Shown here in pieces: positions 41,183 to 56,856 of a DNA stretch of 64,000 bases. Position numbers and translations under genes: made by a program. The notes beneath the pieces were generated by a model. That model made no database searches. It worked only from the letters and a program-made list of their open reading frames with translations, and was not told where the DNA came from. The DNA lies in NCBI GenBank assembly GCA_001244265.2, contig CDLV01000004.1, positions 1,612,001 through 1,676,000 on the forward strand, given 5' to 3'. The stretch comes from Microbotryum violaceum (Eukaryota). Positions within the stretch are counted from its first letter, which is position 1; each line of letters begins with the position of its first letter.

Positions 41183-44100
41183 CTAGCTAGCCCATGGGCT
41201 CGTCGAGAATCTCGAGGTCGTCCGAGTCTTCAACGCTTGTCGAGCCCGACTCTCCGTCGCCCTCCCGAGCTCAGCATCATCTTCTTCCTCGACCTCCTGC
41301 TCCGATAGTGAACCCAAAACTTCTTCCATTCGTCTTTCATACACGTCATCACGGTCTCGCTCGGCATGCTCCGCGGCTGGATCGGGGGTCAGGCCAAGTT
41401 CCCTTCGGAATGCGTCGAGGTCGCTGGTTGTGTGGCGCACGTCCACGGCAGAAGGACCTGATGAGCGGCGGCTCGACTCAGTGACGAGGCTCTGTATTTG
41501 AGTATTATTCAGCGTCGAAAGGCGGCGACCGAAATGACGTGGACTACCGCGCGACCGGCGCAACACCTGTTTCGCCCGTCCGGCAAAAACTCCTCCGATC
41601 AAACCGAATGCAGTGGGCCGCGATTCATGAACTGCGGGTGAACGCGTTCTAAACCAGACAACCGAGAGATCATCGCGTTCGGCGAGCCGATCCAGACGCT
41701 CTTTGAACGAAATCTGCCGGCGTTGAAGCACATGCCACACCGCAGTGCCAACCTCGCCCGCGCCATCAGTTCCGAGAAGTTTCTTAGCCGCTTCGAGCGT
41801 TTCTTCGGGAACTAATAGAAGGGGCGACGTAAGGTACAGCACCAACACAAAGAAAGGGTGTGTCCATCTCACCTCGGTCCTCTGCCCATGCCTGAGATAC
41901 CCTAACAAAGGGGGTGTCCTCATCTTCGAGCCACGCAAGTAGCTGTCGAACCTCAGCTCCGATTCGGAGAATCTCTTCTTCCGCCCTGGCTTTGAGTAAA
42001 ACCGCCTTGATCCCTTTCTGAACATCGGTATCAATCGCCCAAGGCGCAGTGTCGTGTACGAAAAAACCGTCTTGCTAGAAAGCGTCCGTTGGCGACAGAG
42101 TCACAAGCGACTTAATTGTGGTAGCGAGCGGTAAGTTGTCCAGAATCTGGGCCGATTGCTCGGTCGCAGCATTTCGGTAATCCCCGACCGCTTTATTGTA
42201 CATATCGATTGCCACCTTTACTTTCTTGCTGTGCGTCTGTGAGACGCTGACAAGCTTGCTGGCTTCCACTTGACCGATTGTCGCGCCGCTTCGTCCCCGA
42301 CCCATTGAGTCAATTCGTTCTTGACAGCATTGCAATTGGACCGTCGCTTTGTGTAATGCGCGAAGTTTGACTACGCAGTTGCACAAATGCTGGAGATCTA
42401 GGTATGTCATGGGACATCAAACATCAGGTGGCGATACTCATAAAGATAGGACGCGCGCCGCACCTAAAGCTGCAAGCTCCTTCGTGCGATCGTATTCTTG
42501 TTGGTAAGCTCTTAGCTGTTGCTGCAAGCGAGCCTTCGCTTCATCGGAAGCCATTGGATCGAATCTGAACACACAATGCCAAGACACAGTGTCAATTTTA
42601 CGCCCTCGTCCTCCAACGGGGTTTAACGCGCCGAACGTACAGCCTTTCTTCCACGTGGTGTAGCCTCTGTACAATGTTGAAAAGCTCTAATCGCTCCTTG
42701 TCCTCGTTCTCCCGACATTGACCCGCCGTTGTGGCCGCTTGAGCAGCTCGTTGTAAATCCCATTGCGCGAGAAGGTCAGACTCGGACCATATTGCCGAAA
42801 TGTCACTCAGATCAGTTTGTGCCCTTCCAAGCTGATCTTGAGCATTCGACAGTCGTCTGCGGAGCCAACGGCCTAGAATGGACGATGAATGAAGGGACCG
42901 CACGATTAAGTGACGAACACGGCGTGAAAGTGTGGATGGCAGAGCCTACCGAGGCTGTCAACACCGTTCTTGTTCATCAGGTCGATGCGACGCGAGATGT
43001 TGACGCGCCGGTGAGAAGCGCTCGCAGGACGATTGATCGGGATTAGCGATCGGAGCTGACTCCAAACGCGTTCGCATCCCTCCCCATCCGTCAACCCGAA
43101 GTGCTGAATCAGGCGCGGGTTGTACTCAAGCTGGCAGGGCCATTGATGAGCAAAAGCATGAAACACGCTCGTGGCAAACTTCAATCTCGGAAACAGATCG
43201 GGAAGGATACTTCTCTGCAGGCGATCGAAGTACAGTACAGGTCAGCGGCGCCCCAGGGCCAGAAATCTAAGAAACGACGGATCCGCCACTCTTGCTGACC
43301 GATTGCATGTAGCCGTCCAAATTACACGCAACATCATACAGCACTCCAAGTGTATCGTCGGACGGGAGTTGGTTCGAAATATGTTGCAGCAGCGATAAGC
43401 CGTAGTAGCGCCTGCCTCATCAAAAACGAGCGTCAGACCCTGTAAGCGGGTGAGAGGAACTGAGCTGACGAACTTTTCACCTGATTGATACAAGTTGACC
43501 ATCTTCAACGCGATATCGTGACGGCAGACACAGGCAACTAGGCCCGTATCGGACTTGCCCCGCGAGATTTGTGTCGCACCGCCGTTGGCCGCTTTCCATG
43601 AATCAGCACAAGCCTTCAAGACGCAAGAGGAAAGGCGTCAGCGCGTTGAAAGGATCGCAGGGGGCGGCTCGGATCAGCGGACCTTTTCTGACTTCTTGCT
43701 GTCGCCACCATCACAGATCTCCTTCATCGATTCGAGCTCATCTTCGCCGAGGAAGAGGGCTGGCGTCGACTCCTGAGGATCGTATTTGGCTGAGGTGTCG
43801 CGAGAATGTTGGAAGTTGCCTTCCAGAGCGACAAGATGCTGCACTTCGACTCTATGGTGGGCTTGGTTTAGACGCGTCGATCCGTAGCATGCTGGACACT
43901 TATCCGAGAGAGAACCCGCGACACCGAGGACGAGGTCGCCCAATTCTCGCTCGGATGTCGTGAGAGCCCGAAATTCGTCAAGGGCGCGCTGGAGTTGCTT
44001 TCGCAGCTCCTTGTCCTGCGCGAACGATGATAAATATCAGATAATGATCAATAGCAATCATGACAGGGGGTCGAGCTCACGAATTTATGCTGACTCAGGC

Positions 44101-45250
44101 CCGGCCGACTCCATCCAGTTTGGTCATAGAAATGTCGAGCCCGCGAGCTGCTCCATCGACAGGAAACGGCGCAGTGCTCCACCAGGAGTCGAAAAATTGG
44201 AGAAGTCGAAGGGTGAATGCAGAGCGAGGAGCAGCTGCGGTCGATCCGATTAATCCTATCTGAGCAAGGCGCTCGGCGTACGTAAGGCATGGGCTATCGC
44301 TGCTGGATCTCCGACAGAAAGCGATCGGCACCTCGACCACTACTGCATTGATTCAACCATTCGACCTTGTCAGCGCAACGTTCGACAGAGCGACCCAATT
44401 CGCCTGATTCACATACAGCTTATGAGGTCGTACACGTCAAGCCGTAAAGTGAGGGAACTCTTGCATGAACAAGGCGGCGGCACTTCGCTAGCGACCGAAC
44501 CCTGGCACAGCTCCTCGTTCACGTCAATCAAGGGCCGTAGATGACCTTTGACCCCAGCGCAAAACGCGATGTACTGGCGCAGAAGCGCTGGCGGTTCCAA
44601 GCGCCTAAGGCGAGCGTCGTTGAACACGAATTGCTTGTACGTTTCTTGCTTCGACTGACCACGTGTGGCTGATTCGAAACTTTCGACTTGGCGCAGGTCA
44701 GCCAGTGATAATCGCTCGGCGATTGCACTATAGTCAGGCGCGATTGGTATATGGGATGTTCGATCCGGAGAGTATGGGGCTGGATCGAAGTCGTGCTCGA
44801 AGCCACCACCGTACTCGCTGTAACGCTCTTCATCCCAATCCATCCCACTCGAGTTGGCGGCGTCACTCGCGGCTTCGTCGGAATCGGCCTGAATGGGAAG
44901 GGCCATTGGACGCTGAGGAGACGGCGAGCTAGCTTCGCCAAAATCATCGAAGGTTCCTTGCTGGATTTGGCGGGCAGTGTAAGTAACACGGTGCCGGGTT
45001 CCGGGGATGTTGGTGCGGAGTCGGGCGTCCGATCGGAGGCCTTGAGGCCTATAGGAAGGATGCTCCTCAAAGTAGTCCAGACGGACCTTGAAAGGTCTCC
45101 ATCGATGCCTGCCATCGTCGATGTGAATTGCGAAGCTTCGAGATTTAGGAAGGGTGTCTCGATAGTTGATGCTCTGGTTAGAACTGAGGCGGGTCTCACT
45201 TGGCGCTGAGCGGAAGCTAAAAGAGACAGGTCTGCGGGCATACTAGTCAC
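41183..45250 (-). pseudogene. CxC1-type KDZ transposase, multi-exon, with a premature stop
   Basis: CPACYG; LEGNF; DTGLVACVCRHD; SGEK; LYDVAC; VFHAFAHQWPCQ; GLTDGEGCERVWS; PWAIDTDVQKGI..RAEEE; in-frame TAG at 42075-42077. Confidence 0.9.
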
Positions 45251-45484
45251 TAAATGCTCAATCTCATTAGCAAGTTAATCTTGGCCTCGGGCCTCGAGCA
45301 ACCCGGGTTGCAGGGGGGGCAACCTGTATGGGTACGCCGCTTAAGAGTGGCGCTGGGAGGGGCGCCGCGCGCACCACTTTTTGGTGTGCTTAGAAATATA
45401 GCCAGAGGTGCAAAAAACCTCGTGCGCGCACGCGCGATAAGGCAGCTTTTCTGTTTTTTGGCCCGGGGGGAGCTTGGTAGACCG

Positions 45485-45761
45485 TGTGAGATTGACAGCC
45501 TCCTATGTTTCCTTCTCGCATCATGTCTCCTTTTCTCGGTCTTATTTTACCGCCATTTGGCCTGCCTTTCCACACCTTAGCTCTCTTCCTTTCTGGGCTG
45601 GGTCCGTGCACCTGACAAAGGCGGCTGGCCCAGCCGCGCGCTAACCCGAGCCAACTGGCTCCGCGCTCCTCTCTCTCCTGCTCAAGCAACTTCTTGGTCT
45701 GGTCTCCTTGGTCCGTCGATCAGAGCCTTACCACCGCTTGAGCAGTCGCTACAACTCTACA
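45485..45761 (+). mobile_element. Solo LTR related to the 12681-17720 copia
   Basis: TGTGAG...TACA; TSD GACCG on both sides; shares CTCAAGCAACTTCTTGGTCTGGTCTCC. Confidence 0.9.
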
Positions 45762-45847
45762 GACCGATGGTGTACCATTGCTCCCCCCTCCTCGCCCACC
45801 CCGGCACGGTGCACCTCTGGGTGTCCCACGAGCCGTGAAGCGAAAGC

Positions 45848-47158
45848 TTTTTTTTTTATCTAATAGATTTCATTAACAGCATATCTATATTAATGCCTAA
45901 AAATCCTCGGAAAAGACGGAGGGAATGCAGTTAAGCACACTGGCGAGGCCAGTAGTGTGGGACTCGTTGACCTTGGAACAAAATCAACCATACCCACTAA
46001 AACCCCCTTAGGCGGTTACAGCGAAACCAGTCGTCCCTTGGACTCCTGGATGGACGCGCGGAGCTCCTCAAATGCCGTTTCGGCGATCGGCTCCAGAGGA
46101 TCCGACGAAAATCGACGGCGACGAGAGAGCTTCCAGATCGCGTGGAAGAAGAGTAGACGCAGCTCGACGGGTCGGCGTTCCGAGCGAGAAACGACCGGGC
46201 ACACGAACTGAACAAAGTCGGGGTGTGGGATAGGAGTGAGCGCAGACCAGAGGCGGCGGGCAAACGGGCAACCGACCGCAAGGTGTGCCAGGGTCTCCGG
46301 AGCCTCCGACAGGCACATGACACATGCGGTAGATCGATTGTGGAGAGAACGGCTATTCGGAGAAGCGATTTGGCTACCTGGATGAAGTGAACCTAGGGAG
46401 AGGAGGTGGGCCGTGTCTTCGGCGTCCGAATGAACCCTGCGAATCTTGCGTAGCGCCTTCCACCAGGCATTCCAGCGTTGCTCGGGGAGACAGAAAACCC
46501 TCTGATGACCGAGAGGGAGGATAGGAGGGTAGAGGAAGGCTTGGTGGCGTTTGGACGCGTTCCCAAACGAAGACGGAGTCATCACCTCGCCATCGGGTCC
46601 TCGGAAAAGCGTCGGGTTCACCGAGAGTCGGATTCCGTGGCCTGCTGGGAAGTAGAGGACGTGTGTTGCCCACCGCTCCAGATTCGGGCTCTTGGAAAGT
46701 TCGGGGGGTTCAGCGTTGTCACCAAATCCCAGGCTTCGAAAAAGCGGATCCATCGTGGAGGGAGCAGGGCCTTCGTCTTCCTCACTGCGCGTTCCCACTG
46801 TGGAGGAGGGTGGCAAAAGTAGGCCCACCAGATCCAGACCCACGAGCGACGATGTGGGTTGGGGCCTGATTTGGGCAAGGTAAAGGGGGTGCGTTCGTTC
46901 GCCGCCTGAAGGCGAGTGCGGATGTCGAAGAGGTGCCGAATGAAGCAGCCGTCCGGGTCCCGAAGATGAAAGACCCACTTGGCGTGATCGACCGCGAGGC
47001 GCCGAGGTAAGTCAATCAAGCCAAAGCCGCCGTGGTCGAGAGGGGTGCAGAGGCGCAGCCGAGAGACCTTCGGGGTTTCTGAGATCCGTCCGAGGCTCGA
47101 CCGTGGATAGCGATCATGACCGCGTCCTCGATCTCCTTGACGACGCTCTTGGAAGCTT
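45848..47158 (-). mobile_element. 5'-truncated LINE, same family as 61068-64000
   Basis: Poly(T); near-identical to 61068-62380; CVMC..ETLAHLAVGC zinc knuckle. Confidence 0.93.
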
Positions 47159-47395
47159 ATTAGCTAATTGTGGTTAGAGTTATTCTTATAGACAATACCA
47201 ATGTTCCTATACCGATGTTCCCAAGAGTCGAATTCGGAACCGAAATGCGATATAGCTGTTGTACCCAATACCGCCTGCTGACGAGATGGAGGATACAACC
47301 AATGCACAGGTAAGACAGCTGCTGTATTGACCTTCTGCCCCCCCCCCTCCCTCCTAATTTTCTGCTTCTCTTCACTCACTACTTACTACCCCTGT

Positions 47396-47490
47396 TTTTT
47401 TCTCTAATAGCAGCACAATCATAACAATACCTAAAAACCTTGGGAAAGTCGGAGCGAATGCAGTTGAGCACACTGACTAGTAGGCCAGCT
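47396..47490 (-). mobile_element. Short diverged LINE 3'-end remnant (another at about 50305-50357)
   Basis: T-tract plus similarity to the LINE 3' UTR (TAATAG..CCTAAAAA..GAATGCAGTT..GCACACTG). Confidence 0.55.
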
Positions 47491-50400
47491 TCGGAGCTTC
47501 GGATCTCGAAGATGGGAGTTTCCTTTTGCCGAGTCATCTTGGGCCCTACTGGGTCTTAAGGGTATTAATGGTGGGACCAAAAAGCTGACTGGTCACTTGC
47601 TGTGAAATGTATCAGATATAAAAAATGTGGCTCACGGTTCGCTCCCGCACTTTGAAGCTTTGACCTTGGCCTAAGCACGTGCACATCGACGCGTCGACGC
47701 ACACTGGGCGACTAAATGCTCCTCAAATTGAGTTGGACCAGGTTGATGATTGGTCCCACTTCTTGTTTCATGTTCCTGTTCTTGTTGTTCTGCAATGATC
47801 GATTGGAAGCGATCTTACACCTTGTCCAAACACGACCTCATCGCTGTCTCTCGCGCCTTGCATCTTAACCAATGATTATTTTGTGATTGTTCCGCATCTC
47901 GATAGTTGACACAAAGCACACAAGGGGACCACACCGGTAAAATTTCCGGTAGGACGTCTCAGAATTTGGGTGTGTAGCTCATCATTCTCTCGTCACCTGA
48001 TTGTGTCCTATTCTCTGAAGTGCGACTTGACCTCTGACAAACCGCACTTTTCACAATGCATGCATGACCAGGGACTTCTCGCTTGACCCTCAGCTGCGCA
48101 CCCAACGCAGCATCGGACAGTGCAGTAGAAGGCTGTGGGCAAATTAATGGGAAGTGCAATACAGAGGGCGACTGTTAAATCTCAGGTTCTATCTGCCATG
48201 TGGAAACCCGAGTATTCAAGACGATTTTGATCGCAATGTTGACCACCGGTGGATTTTCCCCGCGCCGGGTACCCTGACTCAAAAACCTAGTCACTTTCAG
48301 TGCCACTACAGTACGATCTGGTGATGACCCTCGTTCTTACAAATAAGATTTCAAGCAAACAAAACCGAGGAGACCGATTGAGATACCACCAGAACTGTCA
48401 TCTGCAAATGCTGCGTTGGTCGACAGTAGAAACAGTCGGAGGCCAGCAATAGCTCGCAGGCCACTCGTACTCTAATGCGAGGAGGAATGGTAGAGTACGA
48501 AGAACAACATCGTGATCCTGACTCAATGATGTTCGTTCAGGTGTATACACCCCACTTTTCTGTCCATAGCTAACTCTGAGCTTCTGCCTTTACGATGTAA
48601 CAGTAGTACATGTACCGGTGAGAGCACGCAACGGATCGGCAGAGAGCACATGAAAGGCGCAAGTGTGATTGGCATCAAAGTCACCTGTTTCTCAGCACCG
48701 GGACAGATATCATTGGCGTATTGTCAAACTCATTCCTAGTTATCAAACTAGAATGAGTTCAATCATACACGAACATCCTGTCAGGGGTATTAAGTGCGTC
48801 GTCATGTATCTGAAATGTCGAGAGTCCGATAATGTCGACGCAAACGTACAACTGTCTTAGTGGCTGCGTGGCTTAAAGTGGCCAAGACAACACCATTGAA
48901 AAGCATCGAAAAACAGAGCGAGTATGGGACCAGATTAGCCTTCGTTCGAGTACACATTAGAGTGTAGGGGTAAATGAAGTCTGATAATTAGCAATGTGAT
49001 CTCTGCTGAGATCTCAGGAAGTATCAACAAAGACCTGGCACGGACTTCGGGCATCTGACTGGCCTGACTGCGCACGCATAAACACCAAACGCAATGGCGG
49101 AAATTTGAAAGCGCACTAACTAAGCGCAGCCAAGAAGAATGCCCGCTCTTTTTATCGCCAGTAGCAGAGAGCTTTCCTTCTGGATCTCTAGCTGACCTGT
49201 TAGACCTCCCGCTGTCGGCACTACTGCTGGGCAGTAACCTTTTCAAGCGGGCTAGAGCGCATTTAAGCGGTAGCCAACCCCAGTCAGCGTTGGTTGCCTC
49301 TCGGTCGTATGGTTGCTACTTTGCATTCGCTGCACTTCCGAGGGAAGGGCAATATTGTATGAGATGAAGAGATACTATTCAATGAAAAGGCAAAAGCATG
49401 CGAGCGCTCGCATCATCTGTTTGGATTGTGGCTTTTGGAACAAGAGCCTTCGATTCCAGACCAGCCATTAAAAATTTCCCAAGTTTCGTCATCACTGCCA
49501 TCATCTTCCGCATTGAACTCCCATTCCTCAAGCACAAATGCACCGTTGTCTGTGGCTTCGATAGAGTAATGACTCAAATCGCCGCTCGAATGATCACGAA
49601 TGATAATTCATGTCAAAGTCAACTCCTTCGTTCGTGTTGTCGTCTGTCTCATCAATCGTGTCACCAGGGCTGCGGGCAAACGAAGTCAAATCCGGCAGGC
49701 CATCCGCTGTCGTTTGCTCAGCGTCGTCGGTACACCAAAGCCGAAGCGCCACGCACCCCTCCATCTGTTGTTCGCCCGTGTCATGGGCGCACTGCCACAG
49801 GTAGTAATCAAGGCTCGGGATCGATGGCTCCGATGGAGGGGGTTCCGAGTCGGTCGACGTGTCGGACGCGGCCTCGTTGGGTTGCCGTGAATACTGTGGT
49901 ACTCGGGATCCGGTCGCATCCGCTATTTAATTTTCTCGAGGCTAATAGAAGTCGTAGCGGCGGTAAGTTCTGGACTCGGGCGTCTCGACGACGAGTCATT
50001 CCCGGCGGCCACGATCAGTAAGGCAGCATTTGGAAGGAAGACCGAGCCCGATATGCGCAGGAAGCGGTGAAGGGGAATGAACAGAAAGCAGCGGTTTGAA
50101 CTGCCGGGACGTTTGAGGGGAGTTTTCATCTTATTTTCAGGAAAACTTCCAGGATCCAATACAATTTTTTTTTTGTCTCTCACTTTTTGCGTGTTTCAAG
50201 TCTCGTTTGGCATCGTCTCCAGCCTCCGACCTCAGCGTTTCGTTCTCGAACTCGGTCTCGCTTCTCGATTCTACCCCCACTACAGTCTCTCGTGTCTCTC
50301 GCCTTTTTTATTTATTTGATAGACTTCATTAACAGCATAATTATATTAATACCTAGAACGCCTTGGCGTCTTACAGCTATTAGTCATACCTTAGCCTTTT

Positions 50401-51056
50401 ATTATCATTTCATCTTTGATTGCTATACCATAATGCGAGCAGCGTAGCCGGAGTATTTTATAGACGCCTCGCTCTTCGGGGACAAGACTGGCTCCTTTTC
50501 TCGTTCTCGCACGGGCCATGACCTCATGGCATCTTCTCTTTCTTCTTCGCCCCATTCTCTGGCCCCGTGGTCGCCCCGCTCTCGATGATCGCGTCAGTCG
50601 CCTTCGTCTTCCTCCGTCTTGTGAATTTCTTACGCTTGGTCTTGGTGTCTTTTTTGTCTTTCTCTATTAGGGACGCTGGATTTGCTTGTGGTAGTGGCGA
50701 TGTGTGACGCAGGGAGCCCATGCTTGAAGCGATGCCGATGAGTGCAAGGCGGTGGGGGAGGGTTGAAGCTTGAAGGTGGGGGTGCCAGTGCCATGTGTTG
50801 AGGCAAAGGGCCGGTTAGCATAGGCGAGTTAGCAAGTGCACTACTTAGCCGCTATTCTGCCTCCGAGCGCGGGCCGTGGGAGGGGGGGGAGGGGGATGGT
50901 ATACCATGCGTGTACCAACGTTTTCCTGGGCAAAATTTCAAAAAAGCTGCCTTAACGCGTTGCGCGCGACCTAGTTTTTTTGGCAGGCTTAATTTGATCC
51001 GCATAGGTGCACCGCGCGCGCTTGAGTTGGCGCACTTGAGTTGGCGGACTGAGTTG

Positions 51057-53874
<2,818 letters not shown>

Positions 53875-56432
53875 TTAGTAAAGGGTCAGCGGTCCAGAGG
53901 GACTTGTGGCATTGGGAAGTTGGCGCGCGCGTGGCGCGGCGCCGGATGGAGGCAGATGGCGGTGTGGCGTATTGATTGGACTCAGAGGTGGCTTGCACGC
54001 GGATACTATCCAAGGCTCTGGTCTCGTTCACTCTCTCCTTCTTCTTTAACACACACTTGATATCTATCTCGCCCATTCGCCTGCTACAAGTTGATTGACC
54101 TTGGCGATACTCTATCTCACAATAGGTCATCTATCAACGCCGTGTAGCTACAGCGAATCTTCATTCATTCATTGGTACTCCAAGTCCAAATCCACAACAG
54201 GTTATGAGTTCGACGACTACCACCAATGTATCGAATGAAGGGGACGTCAAGATCACCAAGCTCGGTAAAGATAACTACGAGCTGTGGTCGATCCGAGTCG
54301 ACGCGTTCCTCGAAGGTCGTGGCTACAGCAGTGTACTTCAACACGGAGCCGACCGACCATCGAGTATGGATGTGCAAGCATGGAAGACTCTCCATGGCAT
54401 CGACCCAAGTCTAGAGGAGGGCAAGGTCCCGACTCTAATCACCAAGTGGGATCGTAGTGCGCGCGCAATCGTCATCTCGTGCCTCGACGATTCGAATCTC
54501 AAGATGGTCAAGAGCAAGTCGCTCTCAGCCAGAAACATCTGGGAGAAGTTGAAACAACACCACGAAGGGAACGCCGATCCGTTCAAGATTCGCACGCTAC
54601 TCTACGAGATTTCGAATGCGTCGTACGATGAGGACACCAACCTTGGTGAGTTTCTCCAGGGCATCACGGACAAGGTCGATCAACTCGAAGATCTCGGCCA
54701 AAAGTTCAAGGATGAAGCCATCATCGCGTTTATGCTTCAAGCTCTACCTCCCTCATACGAGATGCTCAAGCAAGCTATAAAGCTCAGCGATAAGTGCTCG
54801 GTTGACTACGCCGTCAATTGACTTACCGACGAGTACAGTGAACGCAAGCTCACTGGCAAGTACGACAAATTACTCAAGAACGCGGGAGCGTTAGCGGTTC
54901 GCGAAGGCACACAAGTCAAGCGTGATCCGAACTGCATTTGTCGTGGTTGCAAGGGAACCGGTCATTACCAAATCGATCCGGAATGTCCCAAGTACGATCC
55001 GAACGCCAAACGCGGTCGTAACAAGAACCACAGCAACAAGAAGAAGAAGCAACATAAGCATTCCAAGGGATCTGCGGATTCGGAGGAGTCGGCTTCTTTT
55101 GCGTTGGTGGTCAAGTCTCTCGAGGAGAGCCATTCGCTTCACATCAACGTCGCAAATAGGGTGTCACAGAACGACCAGAGTGAGATCTGGATCCTGGACA
55201 CCGGTGCGAGTCAGCACTACGTCGGCAACGCAAGTCTGCTTACCAACCGTCAACATGGAAGTCTGAACGTTCAAACCGCAAGCGGTCAGGTAGTACATTG
55301 CGACACGTATGGTACGGTACGGTTCAAGTTGAGAAGCGGGGCCTCGCTCTCACTTTCGAACGTCTACCATCTCCCGGGCGCTCCGGTGAACCTCGTCTCG
55401 ACTCGTGCTTTATACCGATCAGGAGCTAGTTGCGGATGAGAAGATGGCAGGGATGTCATGACGATCAAGATCAAAGGGCTTACCGTAGCAAAGACGCTGA
55501 ACGGTACCGGTTACACCCTCGACTTTACGCGCATTGTCGAGGACCAAGCTCATGTTGCAACTCGTGCGACAGTGGGAGCGCCTTTGATGGAATGGCATTG
55601 TCGCTACGGCCACATCGCCGTGAGCTCACTCAAGGAGCTCGTCAAGTCAGGCGCTGTAGATGGACTAGTTCTCACCGACGAGAAGGTCCACGACTGCGAG
55701 CCCTGCATCAGTTCCAAGTCTCGCGTATCGAAGTTCTCCGAGTCGGTTACTCATGTCACCGACGTCCTTCAACGCGTATTCATGGACATCGGATTCGTCG
55801 CAGAAGATCAAGTCAATTTTCAAGGTCGAAAGGCGTACCTGGCTATTGTAGACCAGTACTCGACTGCGAAGTGGACATTTCCGTTGAAGACCAAGTCGGC
55901 CAAAGAAGTCACTCGCGTATGGATCGCATTTCAACAAGGTGTCAAGAAGATGACTGGTCGCAAAATCAAGCGCGTTTGCACGGACAGTACCCAGCAGCTA
56001 CAAAGAAGCGATGAATAATGTCGAAGCAGACAAGTGGAAGGAAGCTATCCAGGACGAACTCAATGCGATGGATTGTCATCAAGTCCTTGCAGACGCGGAT
56101 CTTCCCCACGGTGCTCGCGCTCTCGGGTTGAAGTGGGTTTTCGCTCGTAAGGAGAACGCTCAAGGAGAAGTCATTCGTTACAAGGCTCGATTGGTCGCAC
56201 AAGGTTTTGCACAGCAATCTGGCATTGACTACAATGAGACTTTCGCTCCTGTTGCTCGCTCTATGACGATTCTCTTTCTCATCGCCATCACTGCATCCCA
56301 AGGACTGTGCCTCAAACAATTCGATTACGACTCAGCGTTTCTGAACGGAACGATGACGGATATGGTCTACATGAAGTATCCCAAGGGTTGGGATCGTCCT
56401 CAGCTTGGCCAAGTCCTTCGTCTTGTCAAATC

Positions 56433-56856
56433 GTTTGGCTGAACTGAGAATTGAACTCAGGTCCACTCTATTAATCAGAGTTGCTCTGACCGCTGAGCTA
56501 CTCAACCAGTGGGAATAGATGAATATGACGGCGCACCCGAGTTACACCGGCGGTGGTTCTACCACACATTGGGAGCCATGGCGGGCGGACTGGTGCACGG
56601 TCACATTGACTGAAGCCTGGCGATGCGCACCAACCGTTGTCTTCTCTCCACGGTTGGATTACACGCTTGTCAGGTACGTACATCTAGCACTACGGCTACT
56701 ATCATATGCAATTAACTGACGGTTGGATTACACGCTCGTCAGTCTCTTATGGATTAGCAGGAAGGCGGCTTTCGGTTATTTGATTAGAAGCGCGGGTTTC
56801 TAATCAAATAACCGAAAGCCGCCTTCCTGCTAATCCTCATTCACAACACGCCAACT
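56433..56856. mobile_element. 424-bp structured insertion in the copia RT
   Basis: Splits [16 protein letters not shown] duplicated at 56428-56432 and 56857-56861. Confidence 0.88.
56436..56507 (-). tRNA. 72-nt tRNA-like cloverleaf with nominal anticodon TTA and non-canonical G32/A33; probably a pseudo-tRNA
   Basis: GGTTGAG TA GCTC AGCGGTCA GAGC A ACTCT GATTAAT AGAGT GGAC CTGAG TTCAATT CTCAG TTCAGCC A; all four stems pair. Confidence 0.7.

Larger units (their letters stand above)
33871..45409 (-). mobile_element. KDZ (Kyakuja-Dileera-Zisupton) DNA transposon, 11.5 kb, with cargo genes
   Basis: 130-140-bp TIRs (33871-34012 and 45280-45409; ACCTCTGGC...GCCAGAGGT); probable TSD GCAAAAAA; KDZ transposase gene inside. 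Confidence 0.9.

Noticed and set aside
47500-50800. Pheromone receptor STE3 or CAAX pheromone precursor expected near STE20/KAP95
   Set aside because: No seven-transmembrane pattern and no short CAAX-terminated or tandem-peptide ORF recognised here or elsewhere in the window
56436-56507. Functional ochre suppressor tRNA
   Set aside because: Lacks the conserved pyrimidine-32/U33 and lies inside an insertion; kept only as tRNA-like
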